Shown here in pieces: positions 1-12,158 of a stretch of DNA of 32,003 nucleotides (the stretch's first letter is position 1; every line of letters begins with the position of its first letter). The position numbers and the translations under genes are program-made. Origin of the DNA: Chiloscyllium plagiosum (lineage: Eukaryota); the NCBI RefSeq assembly GCF_004010195.1, contig NC_057758.1, forward strand, positions 8,470,775 through 8,502,777, written 5' to 3'. A model generated the notes under the pieces. That model was given only the letters and a program-made list of their open reading frames with translations. It did not search any database and was not told the origin of the DNA.

Positions 1-3000
1 TCATTCTCTCTCTCACTCACACACTCTCCCTCTCACACTCACTCACTCACACACACTCTCTCACCCACTCGCTCGAGCACACGGGGACATACGCACTCGC
101 ACATTCTGTCTCTCACGCACTCACTCTCTCACTCACGCACACACAAACTCTCACTCTCTCTCTCAAACACACTCTCTATCCTTTTCTCTCTCACAATCAT
201 TCACACTCTCTCTCTCTTGACCCTCTCTCAAACACACACACTCTCACGCACACACACACTCACATTTTCTCTCTCACACACACATTCATATTCTCTCTCC
301 CTCTCTCTCTCACATACACCGATATTCTCTTTCCTTCAGTCTCTCACACACACTCGCACATTGTCTATCTGGATCTCTGACACACACACAACATCACACA
401 TACTGTTTCTCACACTCCCTCTCTTTCTCACTCTCACACGCACACAGCCCACACACACAGCCCACACACGCACTCTCTCTCTCTCACACACATAAACAAT
501 CTCTCTGTCTCACATTCTCTCACACACATTCTCACACTCTCTCTCACATACACACTATCTCATTCTCTCTCTCTTACACTCTCTCTGTCTGACACAGACA
601 CACACTCTAACTCTCTCTCCCTCACACACACTCTCTGTCTCTCACACACACACTCTCTCACACACACAGTCGCATTCTCTCTCTATTTCACACTCTCTCT
701 TTCTGTCTCACATAGACACACACTCTCCCTCTCTCTATCACACACACACAATCTCCCATTCTCTCTCTTTCACACATACACACATATTCTCACTTTCAAA
801 CACACTTTAACATTCTCTCTCTCACACAATCTCACTTTCTCTCTCTTACACATAATCACACATTCTCTCTCTCTCTCTTTCTCACGCCCACACACTCTCA
901 CATTTTCTTTCTCTTTCACATACACAATATCTCATTCTCTTTCCATCTCGTACACGCACACTTTCCCTCTCTCTGTCTCACACAGACACACGTTCTCACT
1001 CTCTGTATCAGGCATACACACACAGTTTCTCTCGTTCACATACACACTCACTCTTTCTCTCTCTCACTCTCACTCATCAATCGCTCACTCACACTCTCCC
1101 TCTCTATCACACACTCTCTCAGACACGCGCACACACTCACACACACTCTCAAATTCTCTCTTCCCTCACACAGTCTCTCTGACATTCGCTTTCTCTCTCA
1201 CACTCACACACTGACGTTTCCTCTCTCTCGCACACACATACAAAATCTCTCTGTCTCACATTTTCTCTCGCACACTCTCACACTCTCTCTCACACACGCA
1301 CTGACTCATTCTCTCTCTATCTCACACTCTCTCTCTGTCTCACACGGTCACACACTCTCACTCTCTCTATCACACACAAACTCTCTCTCTCCCTCGCACA
1401 CACACTCTTTGCCTCTCTCACACACTCTCACTCTCTCACACACACTCTCCCACTCACATACACACTCTCACACACTTGCACACAACGCTCTCACATTCTC
1501 TCTCACACAAACTCTAATATTCTCTCTCTCTCACATACACTCACTCTCTCTCACTCATAATCGCTGTCACGCTCTGTCACACACGTACACTCTCACTCTC
1601 TCTCACAAACACGCTCATTCATTCTCTGTGGCTCTCTCTATCTCGCATACTCTTAAATTCTCTCTCTCCCTCACACATTCTCTCTCTGACATTCTCTTTC
1701 TCTCTCACACACATGAACTGACGTTTCCTCTCTCATACAAACACATACAAAATCTTTCTGCCTTACAATTTTTCTCACACACTCTCACACACTTTCTCAC
1801 ACGCACTGTCTCATTCTCTCTCTATCTCACACTCTGTCCCACACGGACACACGCTCTCACAATCTCTATCACATACAAACTTACAAGCATTCTCTCTCGC
1901 ACACACTTACACACACACGCTCTCACATTCTTTCTCTCACACAAACACACTCACTCTCTATTCCTCACACACGCACACACAGATACACTCATTCTCACTC
2001 TCTATCACACACGCACTCTCTCCCCCTCTCTCACACACACTCTCACATTCTCTCTCACCCTTACACACTTTCTATCATACACTCACACACACACTTTCTC
2101 TCACACCCTCTCTCACGCACACATATACATACACACTCTCATATTCTCTCTCTCACGCACTCACTCTCTCACTCTCACACATTCTCTCTCACATTCTCTC
2201 TCACACACAAACTCTCATATTCTCTCTCTCACACACACGCACTCTCACTCTCTCACACACACTCTCACATTCTCTCACACCCTCACACACTTTCTATCAT
2301 ACACTCACTCATACACACACTTTCTCTCACACTCTCTCTCACGCACACGTATACATACACACTCTCACATTCTCTCTCTCACGCACTCACTCTCTCACTC
2401 ACACACACATTCTCTCTCTCACACACAAACTCTCATATTCTCTCTCTCTCACACACACTCATTCTCAGACTTTCTCACTCACAATCACTATCATGCTCTC
2501 TCACACACATGCACTCTCACTCTCTCTCTCACACACACACGCTCTCTCTCCCTCTCCCTCACACTCACTCAATCACTCGCACAGTATCTCTCTTCCCCTC
2601 CCTCACACACATACGCACTCTCACGTTCTCTCTCTCTCATACACACACTAACTCTCATATTCTCCCTCTCACAAACACACACACTCTCATTTTGTCTCTC
2701 TCTCACACACATACACATACTCTTACATTCTTTCTCCCTCTCTTTCACACACACTCGCACATTCTCTCTCTCGATCTCTATCACACACACACATTCCCTT
2801 TTTCGATCTCTGGCACATGCACACCCACACACACTCTGTCTCTCACACACTCTCTATCACACACACACACACCACACACTCACACGCTCTCTCTCACTCT
2901 CTCTCTCACGCATACACTCTCTCTGTCATACTCTCTCTCTTACAAACACACACTCACTCACTCTCTCACACACAATACACACACTCTCGCTCTATCTATC

Positions 3001-4278
3001 ACAAATACACACACACATTCTCTCTCACACACACAGATACACTCTCACATTCTCTCTCTCACACACACTCTCTCACATTTTCTCTCTCTGCCCCTCTCTC
3101 ACCCTCACAGACTCTCTCTCATGCTCACAGACATACTTTCATATTCTCTCTCTCCAACACACATTCTCTCTCACTCCCTCTTTCTCTTACGCACTCTGTC
3201 TCTGTCTCTCTTTCTCACACACACACCCTCACATTCTCTCTCACACACACATACACACCTAGTCTCACTCTCACTCCCTCTCTCACACACACTCTCTCTC
3301 ACAAACACATACACGCACACACTGTATTTCTCTCTTTCTTTCTGTCTCACGCACACACGCAGTCATTCTCTATCGCTCTCTCTTTCTCGCACGTTCTCAC
3401 ATTCTCTCTCGCACACACACACTCTCATATTCTCTCTCTCTCACACACACTCACATTCTCTCTCTCACTCACACACTCTCCCTCTCACACTCACTCACTC
3501 ACACACACTCTCTCACCCACTCCCTCGAGCACACGGACACATACGCACTCGCACATTCTGTCTCTCACGCACTCACTCTCTCACTCACGCACACACACTG
3601 TCACTCTCTCTCTCAAACACACTTTCTCTCCCTCTCTCTCACAATCACTCACACTCTCTCTTTTGCCCCCTCTATCAAACAAACACACTCTCAAGCACAT
3701 ACACACATTTTCTAACTCTGTCACACATTCATATTCTCTCTCTCACATACATTCACATTCTCTTTTCTTTAATCTCTCACACACACTCGTACATTGTCTA
3801 TCTCGATCTCTCACACACACCGCCACACACTCTGTTTCTCGCACTCTATCTCTTTCTCACTGTCTCGCACACACAGCCTACATACACGCTCTCTCTCTCG
3901 CTTTCTCTCACACACTCTGTCTCTCACTCTCTCTCCCTCACACACGCACTCACTCACTCTCTCTCACACACACAGAACACATACTCTCGCTCGATCACAA
4001 ATACACACAAACTTACTCAAAATCTCTCTCACACACAGACATACACTCTCACATTCTCTCTCTCCCTTGCGCACACACACTTTTATACTCTCTCTCTCAA
4101 ACACACACTCTCTATCACTCCCACTTTCTCTCACGAAATCTGTCTCTGCCTCTCTCACACACCCACGCTCACATTCTCTCTCTCACACACACGCTCACGT
4201 CCTCTCTCACTCTCACACCCACTCTGACACTCTCTCTCACACACATGCACACATACACTCTCTCTCTTTCTTTCTCTC
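1..4278. repeat. Compound CT/CA low-complexity array (cryptic satellite), strongly G-poor on + strand
   Basis: Continuous mosaic of (CT)n, (CA)n and CTCA units up to the gap. Internal duplicated blocks occur, e.g. ctcgagcacacgg at 72 and 3524, and ctgacgtttcc at 1211 and 1718. Confidence 0.97.
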
Positions 4279-4778
4279 NNNNNNNNNNNNNNNNNNNNNN
4301 NNNNNNNNNNNNNNNNNNNNNNNNNNNNNNNNNNNNNNNNNNNNNNNNNNNNNNNNNNNNNNNNNNNNNNNNNNNNNNNNNNNNNNNNNNNNNNNNNNNN
4401 NNNNNNNNNNNNNNNNNNNNNNNNNNNNNNNNNNNNNNNNNNNNNNNNNNNNNNNNNNNNNNNNNNNNNNNNNNNNNNNNNNNNNNNNNNNNNNNNNNNN
4501 NNNNNNNNNNNNNNNNNNNNNNNNNNNNNNNNNNNNNNNNNNNNNNNNNNNNNNNNNNNNNNNNNNNNNNNNNNNNNNNNNNNNNNNNNNNNNNNNNNNN
4601 NNNNNNNNNNNNNNNNNNNNNNNNNNNNNNNNNNNNNNNNNNNNNNNNNNNNNNNNNNNNNNNNNNNNNNNNNNNNNNNNNNNNNNNNNNNNNNNNNNNN
4701 NNNNNNNNNNNNNNNNNNNNNNNNNNNNNNNNNNNNNNNNNNNNNNNNNNNNNNNNNNNNNNNNNNNNNNNNNNNNNN
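4279..4778. other. Assembly gap (500 N)
   Basis: Run of N. Confidence 1.
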
Positions 4779-5091
4779 ATCAAAAGCTTTCTGAAAGTCC
4801 AGGAACACTACATCTACTGGATCTCCCTCGTCCATCTACAGAGTTCCTTCCTCAAACAAATTCAAAAGATTAATCAAGCATGATTTCCCCTTCATAAATC
4901 CATGCTGGCGCTGACTTATCCTGTTATTACTATCCAGATGTTTCGTAATTTCATCCTTTAGAATAGACTCCAGCATCTTTCCCACCACTAAGGTCAGACT
5001 AACTGTTCTATAATGTCCTGCTTTCTCTCTCCCACTTTTCTTAAAAAGTGTTACAACATTAACCACCCTCCAATCCGCAGGAACTGATCCA
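4779..5091 (-). mobile_element. CR1-clade LINE ORF2 reverse transcriptase fragment
   Basis: Minus-strand translations NVVTLFKKSGREKAGHYRTVSLTLVVGKMLESILKD...QHGFMKGKSCLINLL and DEGDPVDVVFLDFQKAFD are CR1 RT motifs. Truncated by the gap. Confidence 0.95.
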
Positions 5092-5300
5092 GCTTTCTCA
5101 CCCGTTTACTTTCCTTCTGCATACCTCACATTATTCTCTCTAACACATTAGTCTTCTGTCTCTGTATCCCTCGTTACGGTTTGCACATCAATTTCTCTAT
5201 TATACCTGCATTTACATTATTTTGTCTCCTCCACCTCTCATGTTAATCTTGCAATCTCCATTACGCTTCTCTGTTGCTTCCTCATCACTCCCTCGACCTT

Positions 5301-5940
5301 TATTTCATGCTCTCTCTCTGTCCGTTTAGCCTCCTTCTGCATGCCTTAACTTTTATCTTGCTGCACTTCGTGCCACAGTGTCAATCTACAAACTCAGCAG
5401 GATGGTAAAGGCTGTGCTCAATCTGTGAAGGGCCGTTCACATCAATTCCTGATGGATGAACCCACCTGTGGCAACTTACTTAATATTAAACCTCCCACTA
5501 TCAGTGTTGACCTTCCCAAAATCACGTGTTGCGAGGAGCAATGGCAGAGCTTATATTATCGCCCAACAAGTTCTGCAGAGTCACAGTGAGATCAATGAAA
5601 CAAAAGTATTTCATGCCTCTCTCTGTCCGTTTAGCCTTCTTCTGCATGTCTTAACTTTTATCTTGCTGCACTTCGTGCCACAGTGTCAATCTACAAACTC
5701 AGCAGGATCTAACTCAGTGGCAGGCCTGTCTGGAAATGGTAAAGGCTGTGCTCAATCTGTGAAGGGCCGTTCACATCAATTCCTGATGGATGAACCCACC
5801 TGTGGCAACTTACTTAATATTAAATCTCCCACTATCAGTGTAGACCTTCCCAAAATCACGTGTTGCGAGGAGCAACGGCAGAGCTTATATTATCGCCCAA
5901 CAAGTTCTGCAGAGTCACAGTGAGATCAATGAAACAAAAG
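5301..5940 (+). repeat. Tandem duplication, units 5301-5606 and 5607-5940
   Basis: Both units start tatttcatgc and end gatcaatgaaacaaaag. They are near identical, but unit 1 lacks 29 nt (ctaactcagtggcaggcctgtctggaaat). Confidence 0.97.
5667..5923 (+). other. Candidate terminal coding exon of unknown family, copy A (84 codons to TGA, acceptor AG degenerate)
   Basis: HFVPQCQSTNSAGS...SHQFLMDEPTCGNLL...SSAESQ* aligns in frame and to the same stop with the minus-strand frame at 9404-9654. A long pyrimidine tract precedes it. Confidence 0.3.
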
Positions 5941-6249
5941 AGCCATGTTCAGCGGGCTTGGAGATCTCTGTAGTTAATAATCACTCAAGTTCTGAGTTCT
6001 TGACTTGTTAAAGTGACAGTCCACAGTGAGCAGACAATGTTGCATCACCATCGAAAGTATACCACGGTGGGGTGAGATCAAATACAATGATAAGAAATGT
6101 TCAGCTCCCACCCACCAACCAACCTCCGCACATGCACGCACAACCCAACCACCACCTCCACCCCACCCTCCGGCTAGCCAGCCGTTCCGGATTGACGTCC
6201 CACCTGTGGCTTTTGAATTCCATTAGCAGTGTCAGGAATTAACACATGG

Positions 6250-6930
6250 CTGAGTGAAATACATACATCTGTCTGCATCAGTGGTGCTATGATAAAGATT
6301 GGCAGGAGCGTTTCCAGACGTAACCATCACCAACAACCTGTCCAGAGCTTCCCCATCGATGTTATAGTGAAGAATGCACAAGAATGTCTCTACGTTCTCA
6401 GAGGGCTATGTAAGTTCCTTATGTACAACAAAAAGCTTCGTTTTTGTTTCTCGGTGCACTATGCAATGTATCCTGTCTGTGTGTATCTCAACTTGGTACG
6501 GTAACTGCTGTGCCCAATACTGCAAGAAATACCATAGAGTCATGAACATGCCCAGTTTATCAACACATTAGTCGACAATCCATTGACTCGCTCTATGCTT
6601 CCCGCTTCTTCGGCAAAGCAGCCGACAGAATCAATGATCCCACACCTCACCATGATTATAATATTTTTCATCCTTTTCTGACGGGCAGAAGATTTAAATG
6701 TTTTAATTCACATATCAACAGATTCAAGAACAACGTTTCCCACTCTGATCACAGCCTTTGAAACAAACCTGCAAAATTCTATTGTTTCTTTTCTATTTGT
6801 TGCGTGCCTGAAGCTGGAACAATGTAGTCTGCACTCTGTTATTTTACGATAATGTACTTTTATGGTAATACTTGCCGAGATAGCAAATCTTTTTCATTTT
6901 ATATCAGTACATGTGACAATACTGCTTAAT
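6250..6930 (+). mobile_element. Decayed Rex1/Babar-type LINE, 3' part
   Basis: Frameshifted translation HTSVCISGA...IDVIVKNAQECLYVLRGLCKF...RCTMQCILSVCISTWYGNCCAQYCKKYHRV resembles the Rex1/Babar C-terminus (VKKAQQRLYFLRRL...RCTIESILxxCITxWYGNC). Confidence 0.85.
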
Positions 6931-6989
6931 CTACCGTTAATACGTGCCCAGTGTGTATCAAGATACTCTGAATTTCTAAATGATTTACT

Positions 6990-7780
6990 GATACCTCTTT
7001 ATAATAGATTCCAGCAAGTTACCAATGGCAGACGTTAAGCTAAATTTAGTTGTGTTATACTTGTCTCAAAATCTTTTTTGATAAGGTTGCTTGCAGTTAT
7101 CCAATTTTAAGGACGAACTGATGATAACGCCCATGAGACCATACGACAGAGGAGCACAAATTCAGGTCATTCAATCCTGGCTGGTACATTTCTCAAAAAA
7201 TAAATCCCTCGCCATCTCATGGTAATCTTAGGTTCCCTTCATAATGAGGAGCCTATCCCTCTTAGTCCAAAATGAATGTAATTACTTCGGCTACATAACC
7301 TTCTGTTGCAATGAATTCCATCGATTGGCCACTCTCTTGCTGAAGATTGCTTTTACTTATCTCTGTTCTTAAAGTTCGAAATGAGGCTCGAGGGGCTGAA
7401 TTGCCTGAATCTGTTGCATTCTAGCAAGAGTATATAGTTTAAACACAGGAAAGCATGTTCGCGATGACCAGAGGAGTTCAAGACCAAGGGGGTCTCAGTC
7501 TAAGGCATTCAGGACAGGCCATTTAGGACGGAGGTAGGGGAACAGCGGAGACTGTGGAATTATCTGCCACTTGAAGCAGTCAAGGCGAAAAATTTGAATA
7601 TTGTTTTTTTCGAAGTAATTATATATGGCTTCTGGAATGAAATGGATCTAAGGGTGTGGTGAGAAAACAGTAACAAGGGATAGTGTTGAATGATCACCAA
7701 AGGTCACATTGAATGTTATAGCAGGCTCGAATTCTTGAATGATCTATCCCTGCTCATAGTTTCTGTTTTTCACTATGAAA
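6990..7780. mobile_element. Mosaic of decayed CR1 fragments and 3' tails on both strands
   Basis: Minus-strand tail at about 7135 (gaccatacgacagaggagcac). Plus-strand tails aggctcgaggggctgaattgcct (about 7384) and gcaggctcga...ctgctcatagtttctg (about 7720-7765). Confidence 0.65.
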
Positions 7781-8094
7781 CACATGGTGCTGTGATTCAT
7801 TCCAGAATAGATTCATAACTTCGTTTGAAGTCGACATAATGACAACCAGCAGTTAATCTGTTCCATGAAGGAGGTAAATATTTTACATCATGAAAGCATG
7901 AAGCAATCTGTTGGCAACTCAGGTGAAACTTTCAGAAATTTACAAATAAAAACTTTCACGGTATGTGGGCATCGCTGACTTCGTGCATCGTTTTATGTTT
8001 GCTATGGAATAAAGAAAAACATTCTGCTGCGTCTCGTTTGTATATCAGTAATGAGGGGGTTCACACTTGCACGATTGTCAACAAGACACGTAGG

Positions 8095-8390
8095 AGCGAG
8101 AATAAAAATAAAGAGATACAATTCTGAGGCTTTATAAGGCTCTGGTCTGACCAGACCACATTTTGATCATTGTGAGCAAGTTTGGGCCTATATCGCAGGA
8201 AGGATGTGCTGATCCGCGAGCGTGACGTGGGTCTCTAACATCTCGAGGGATGAAGGGTGACCAAATTGAAACTTACAGAATACTGAATGGCCTCGATGGA
8301 GTGGATGAGGCGAGATGTTCCATTTCGCAGGAGAGACCAGGATCAGAGAGCACAGGCTTAGGTAAAGATTGCGATGGTTGACGGAGTTCC
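8095..8390 (+). mobile_element. Decayed CR1 ORF2 C-terminal fragment
   Basis: ctgaggctttataaggctctggtc...ccacattttgatcattgtgagcaagtttgggcc corresponds to LRLYKALV.RPHLEYCxQFWAP. It is followed by an IETYRILNGLD-like segment. Confidence 0.75.
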
Positions 8391-8789
8391 AGCCCAACTG
8401 CTTGTTCTGTGATGCTGGGGCGTTCGTGGGTCAATGAAATGCGGGGTGTTTCATTTAAAAGACTACGTATCAATGAATAATGGACACACACAAACCCGTG
8501 CCAGGAGACGAGTCCTGCTGCCATTGCCCGGAATTTCCCCTGTGCCATGAAGAAACTAGAAGAGCTCCAATGGTAATCGTTGCTGTTTGCAAAGGTAGCA
8601 TTTTGAGAGGGTTAAAGAGCGATCTATAAATTGCAGCAGAGACCTTTTGGCACATTGTTCTTCCAAAACAAAATACGAACTCCAGCAGACCCCCTTTCCA
8701 ACTTGACCGAGAGCCATTAATTGTCAGACGTTTCAAGTGACTTATCCAAGTACACTTTCCAGTAGTGAATCTTCCCTTCTCAATTAACA

Positions 8790-9070
8790 ACTCAGGCAGG
8801 GCATTTCAGACTCACCACCAGCCGGTGGGTGAAAACATTTTTTTGGACTCCCCTCTGAACCCCTGCCTTTCACTTTAAAATGGTGGTTTCTTGCTATTCA
8901 GCGTTCGGATAAGGAGCCCAGCTGTTTTCTCGTCTTGTCCATGCCGCTCATGTATCTCGCTCTTATCCTCCCTCGACCTTCTCTGCTTCTCATAAAACAA
9001 GCCGAGCTTCTCCAGCACTCTGCATTGCAGAACCTGATCAAGCTGGAAAATGTTCACTCCTGAGCCCTCT
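8790..9070 (-). mobile_element. Decayed CR1 ORF2 3' fragment
   Basis: Minus translation LEKLGLFYEKQRRSRED resembles the CR1 LxxLGLFSLExRRLRGDL motif. Confidence 0.65.
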
Positions 9071-9239
9071 CTCTGGTGAAATCATACCCTGCTAGTATTA
9101 AATTGAAAAGAACAAGTCTAAATCCCAAGATGGCACTTGAATCCAGAGTGGCTAGACTGGGGTGAGGGGAGTGTTGGAGGTAGGCTATTAACACTTCTTT
9201 TCAGGGTACTTGAGTTCAACGTACTGAGCCTAACCATTG

Positions 9240-9930
9240 CACAGTGTTGCACATTCGCCTGTTCTCTCTTTGAGAACTGTCACTTTAACAAGTCGAGAAC
9301 TCGCAGAGAAGTCCGGATGGTGCTGCTCCTTGCCGAGAATTTCAGTGATTATTCACTACAGAGTCTCCGGGCCGCTGAATGTCACTCCTGTTTTTCATCG
9401 ATCTCACTGGGATATCGCGGAAGTTTGTAGGTCCGAATGAAAGCTGTGCTCTTGCTCCTTGCAACGTGGCATTTTGAGGAGGCGAACACTGATAGGCTGA
9501 AAGGTAAGTAAATAGCCACAGGTAGATGCATCCATCAGTAACTGATGTGAAGGATTCTGGACAAAGTGAAGACAGCATTCATCATTTCCAGCCAGGCCTG
9601 CTGCTGATTTCGAGCCTGCTGGAATTGGAGATTCACACGGCATCGGAAAATGAACTACAGAGAAAAGTTAAGACATCCAGAAGAAGGGGTAAAAGGCAGA
9701 GTGAGAGTGCGAAATAAAGGCAGAGTGAGTAATGAGGGAGTAAGATAGTAGGGTAATGGAGAATGAGAAATGAAGAGGAGAGATGGGAAGCGACAAGAAA
9801 TGCAATAAATAAAAGTATTTCCAAAAAAATGGAGATGGAGACAGGAATGAAGGACAAAGAGACAGAGGGTAAAGGTGTTAGAGAGAGAGAGTAATGAGGA
9901 ATGCAGAATGAAGATAACGGGATTAGAAAA
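9240..9930 (-). repeat. Right arm of an old inverted duplication (partner 5092-6050)
   Basis: Its reverse complement aligns with 5092-6050, including the pyrimidine tract (tttctaatcccgttatcttcattctgcattcctca vs tttctcacccgtttactttccttctgcatacctca). Confidence 0.9.
9404..9654 (-). CDS. Candidate phase-1 terminal coding exon of unknown family, copy B (82 codons to TGA)
   Basis: Canonical acceptor cttttctctgtag| at 9655 after about 600 nt of pyrimidine-rich sequence. Frame HFPMPCESPIPAGSKSAAGLAGN...SHQLLMDASTCGYLL...TSAISQ* is conserved with copy A. Confidence 0.35.
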
Positions 9931-10270
9931 TAGAGAAGGGAGATTAATGAAGAGCTGAGAGAATAAAGAGATAGGCATTGCAGTATAATGCACAACAGAG
10001 AGAGAATTGTGCTTGACAAAGATAGTAAAGAGGTACGGAGAAAGAAGGCGAAGAGGTTTGAGAGATTAAAACAACAGAATAAGAGAAAGGGAGACCTACA
10101 TGGAAAAATAATTGAAAAAGTTGATATTGAGTAATGATTGTGAGAGTGTTTGAATAAAAACATCAGAGAAAGAATAAAACAGGTATTGAATGATGATGGC
10201 GAGGGAACAAAAATAGCTGCGGTCGGGATAGTAATTGAGACTGAGATAGATGGGGGGAGAGAGATAAGAA
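9655..10270. repeat. Purine-rich (GA) low-complexity tract on +, i.e. a polypyrimidine tract on -
   Basis: Strong A/G bias throughout. Confidence 0.85.
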
Positions 10271-10504
10271 TTAAATGTGAACATCACAGATCGAGAGAGA
10301 CGACCTTATGTGCTCTGTTTGTTGATTGTATATTCTCTTCCATCGTCAGGGTCCTTGCTTCTTACAGTAATGTCTGAATGCTTGTATAAAGTTAGCAGTT
10401 TCACAGTCATTTCTCGTGATTGGAGCAAGACAGAGTCGGGGAGGGCAGAAGGACCTCCAACCTGCAGGTCCGTCTGAAGCCACAGCACCATTGTATTCAC
10501 TCAC

Positions 10505-10560
10505 CCTTCATTAATTTTCATTCGCAGGATATTGGTCTGCAATATTGACCGTTCTGCCAT
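10505..10560 (-). other. Candidate first exon with ATG(s) and consensus splice donor GG|GTGAGT
   Basis: On -: aaaaATGGcagaa...ttaATGAAGG|GTGAGT, with the donor at 10504-10499. It would pair with the acceptor at 9655 (850-nt intron). Confidence 0.3.
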
Positions 10561-10774
10561 TTTTTGCCGATCCCCAGTTGTACCCTTTGAGGAGAGTGGG
10601 GCTGAACTCCTTCTCAGACTGCCTCAGTCCGTGTACCGCAGACAGACCAGCAATAAAATGGCAGGGAGGCAGCCAAGGCATTTTGTCCGAGTGACAGCGA
10701 ATGAACAATCGATATATTTCACGCACACTTCATCCGATTCATTCATGGGATTTGGAAGGTGTTGTCAGACAGCA

Positions 10775-11500
10775 GTTATTGCTCTCCCTCGTTGGCCCCG
10801 TGCGAAAGTGGCATTGAGCGGCTTTCTTGAAATAATGCAGTCAATGTGCTCAGGGTAGACCAGTAATTCCATCAGGGAAGAACTTCCACAATTTTGTTTG
10901 AGCGGCACTGAATAAATGGTGATATATTTCAAGACAATATGGTGAGTGGCTTGGAGGGGAAAGTGCAGGGGTTAGTGCTAAAATCCATCTGCTGCTCTTG
11001 TGCTACTCGATGGAAGGGGTTTCGAAGGTACTAACTAAGGACTTTTGGTAAATGTTTACAGTGCGTCTTGTAGATGGTACACACTGCTCCTAAGCCTTCG
11101 TGGTCGAGAGAGTGAATGTGTGTAGATCTTTTGCGAATCAAGTGGGCTTTATTGTCATGGATCCAGTCGATATTTTTAGTGTAATTGCAGCTGCAAAAAT
11201 CCAGACAGGTGGGTTTGACACTATTCACTTGTGCCTTGTCGATGATGAACCAGTTTTTTTGGGGAGTGGAGGTGGAGATGAGGAGCTGGAGGGTAAGGAG
11301 CTGAGAAAGGCGCAGCAGAATTCCTAGACTCTGAATCTCTCTTTAGCCAGTATATTGTGATAGCTGCTCCAACTTAGTTTCTGGATCAATTTGAAGCAGC
11401 TGAATGTAAATAGTTGACGGCTCGGGGGCGGGGGGAGGGGGTGTGCAGGGTGTACAATAATGATGCTTCGATTCAACATCAAGCGGCAACGTTTAGATTA
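10775..11500 (-). mobile_element. Decayed non-LTR retrotransposon 3' end (CR1/L2 group, distinct from the other CR1 copies)
   Basis: Minus translation IHDNKAHLIRKRSTHIHSLDH...AVCTIYKTHCKHLPKVL resembles LINE C-terminal IQDKAARLI...IHSLHHRR.VAAVCTIYKMHC. Confidence 0.7.
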
Positions 11501-11793
11501 GCTCGTATTGTTAACTTTTTGGACGTTGAAGGTTGGCAGGGAGTAATTCAGTTATGGTAACACCATTGAAGTTCAAGACAATTACTGACGGGGTGAGAAG
11601 GAAGCCTACTCGGAAGATTATGAGTGGGCATAAGTGGTGAAGGCATGAAAGGATAACCTGAAAGGTAATTGGATTGATGAAAACCTCTGTATGAGTGAGT
11701 GAGGGTGGGGGAGTTGAGCTGATGGACAGTGTCAGCAGTGCGTCAGCATCACCTCCTACTTTTGTTACCAAGAAAAGACAATGAAGCTACATG

Positions 11794-11832
11794 TTTCCAC
11801 TTTATTCCGAATCTGCAAAGCATTTGTGCACG

Positions 11833-11878
<46 letters not shown>

Positions 11879-12158
11879 TTCCTCAGGTGCTATTTGTTAT
11901 TGTTAATGTTGATATATATGCCTATCTGTCCCTATGTGCATGTGTTGTGTAAGTTTGCATTTGTGGCTGTTTCTGTGAGCCTTTTCCACTTTATCTCGAA
12001 TCTGCAAAGCATTTGTGCACGATCTGTGTGTGTGTGTGTGTGTGTGTGTGATTCCTTAGGTGCTATTTGTTATTGTTAATGTTGATATATATGCCGATCT
12101 GTCCCTATGTGCATGTGTTGTGTAAGTTTGCGTATGTGGCTGTTTCTGTGAGCCTTCC
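11794..12158 (+). repeat. Tandem duplication (11794-11982, 11983-about 12158), each unit with a TG microsatellite
   Basis: Units share gaatctgcaaagcatttgtgcacga...gattcct.aggtgctatttgttattgttaatgttg. (TG)21 at 11836-11877 and (TG)13 at 12025-12050. Confidence 0.97.

Larger units (their letters stand above)
5092..6050 (+). repeat. Left arm of an old inverted duplication (partner 9240-9930)
   Basis: Colinear with the reverse complement of 9240-9930 by eye, e.g. tgtcttaactttt, tgtagttaataatcact/tgtagtgaataatcact and gagttcttgacttgttaaagtgacagt/gagttctcgacttgttaaagtgacagt. Confidence 0.9.

Noticed and set aside
217..4278. Long His/Thr/Leu/Ser-rich ORFs (up to 688 aa)
   Set aside because: Artefacts of CT/CA repeats that rarely form stop codons. 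They are open in all three frames, and some run through Ns.
5456..5923. 155-aa ORF as a single gene
   Set aside because: It is a chimera across the tandem-duplication junction. Only the last 84 codons are in the conserved frame.
9633..10163. Hydrophobic 176-aa minus ORF resembling a membrane protein
   Set aside because: Translation of a polypyrimidine tract (F/L/S bias) with no family motifs.
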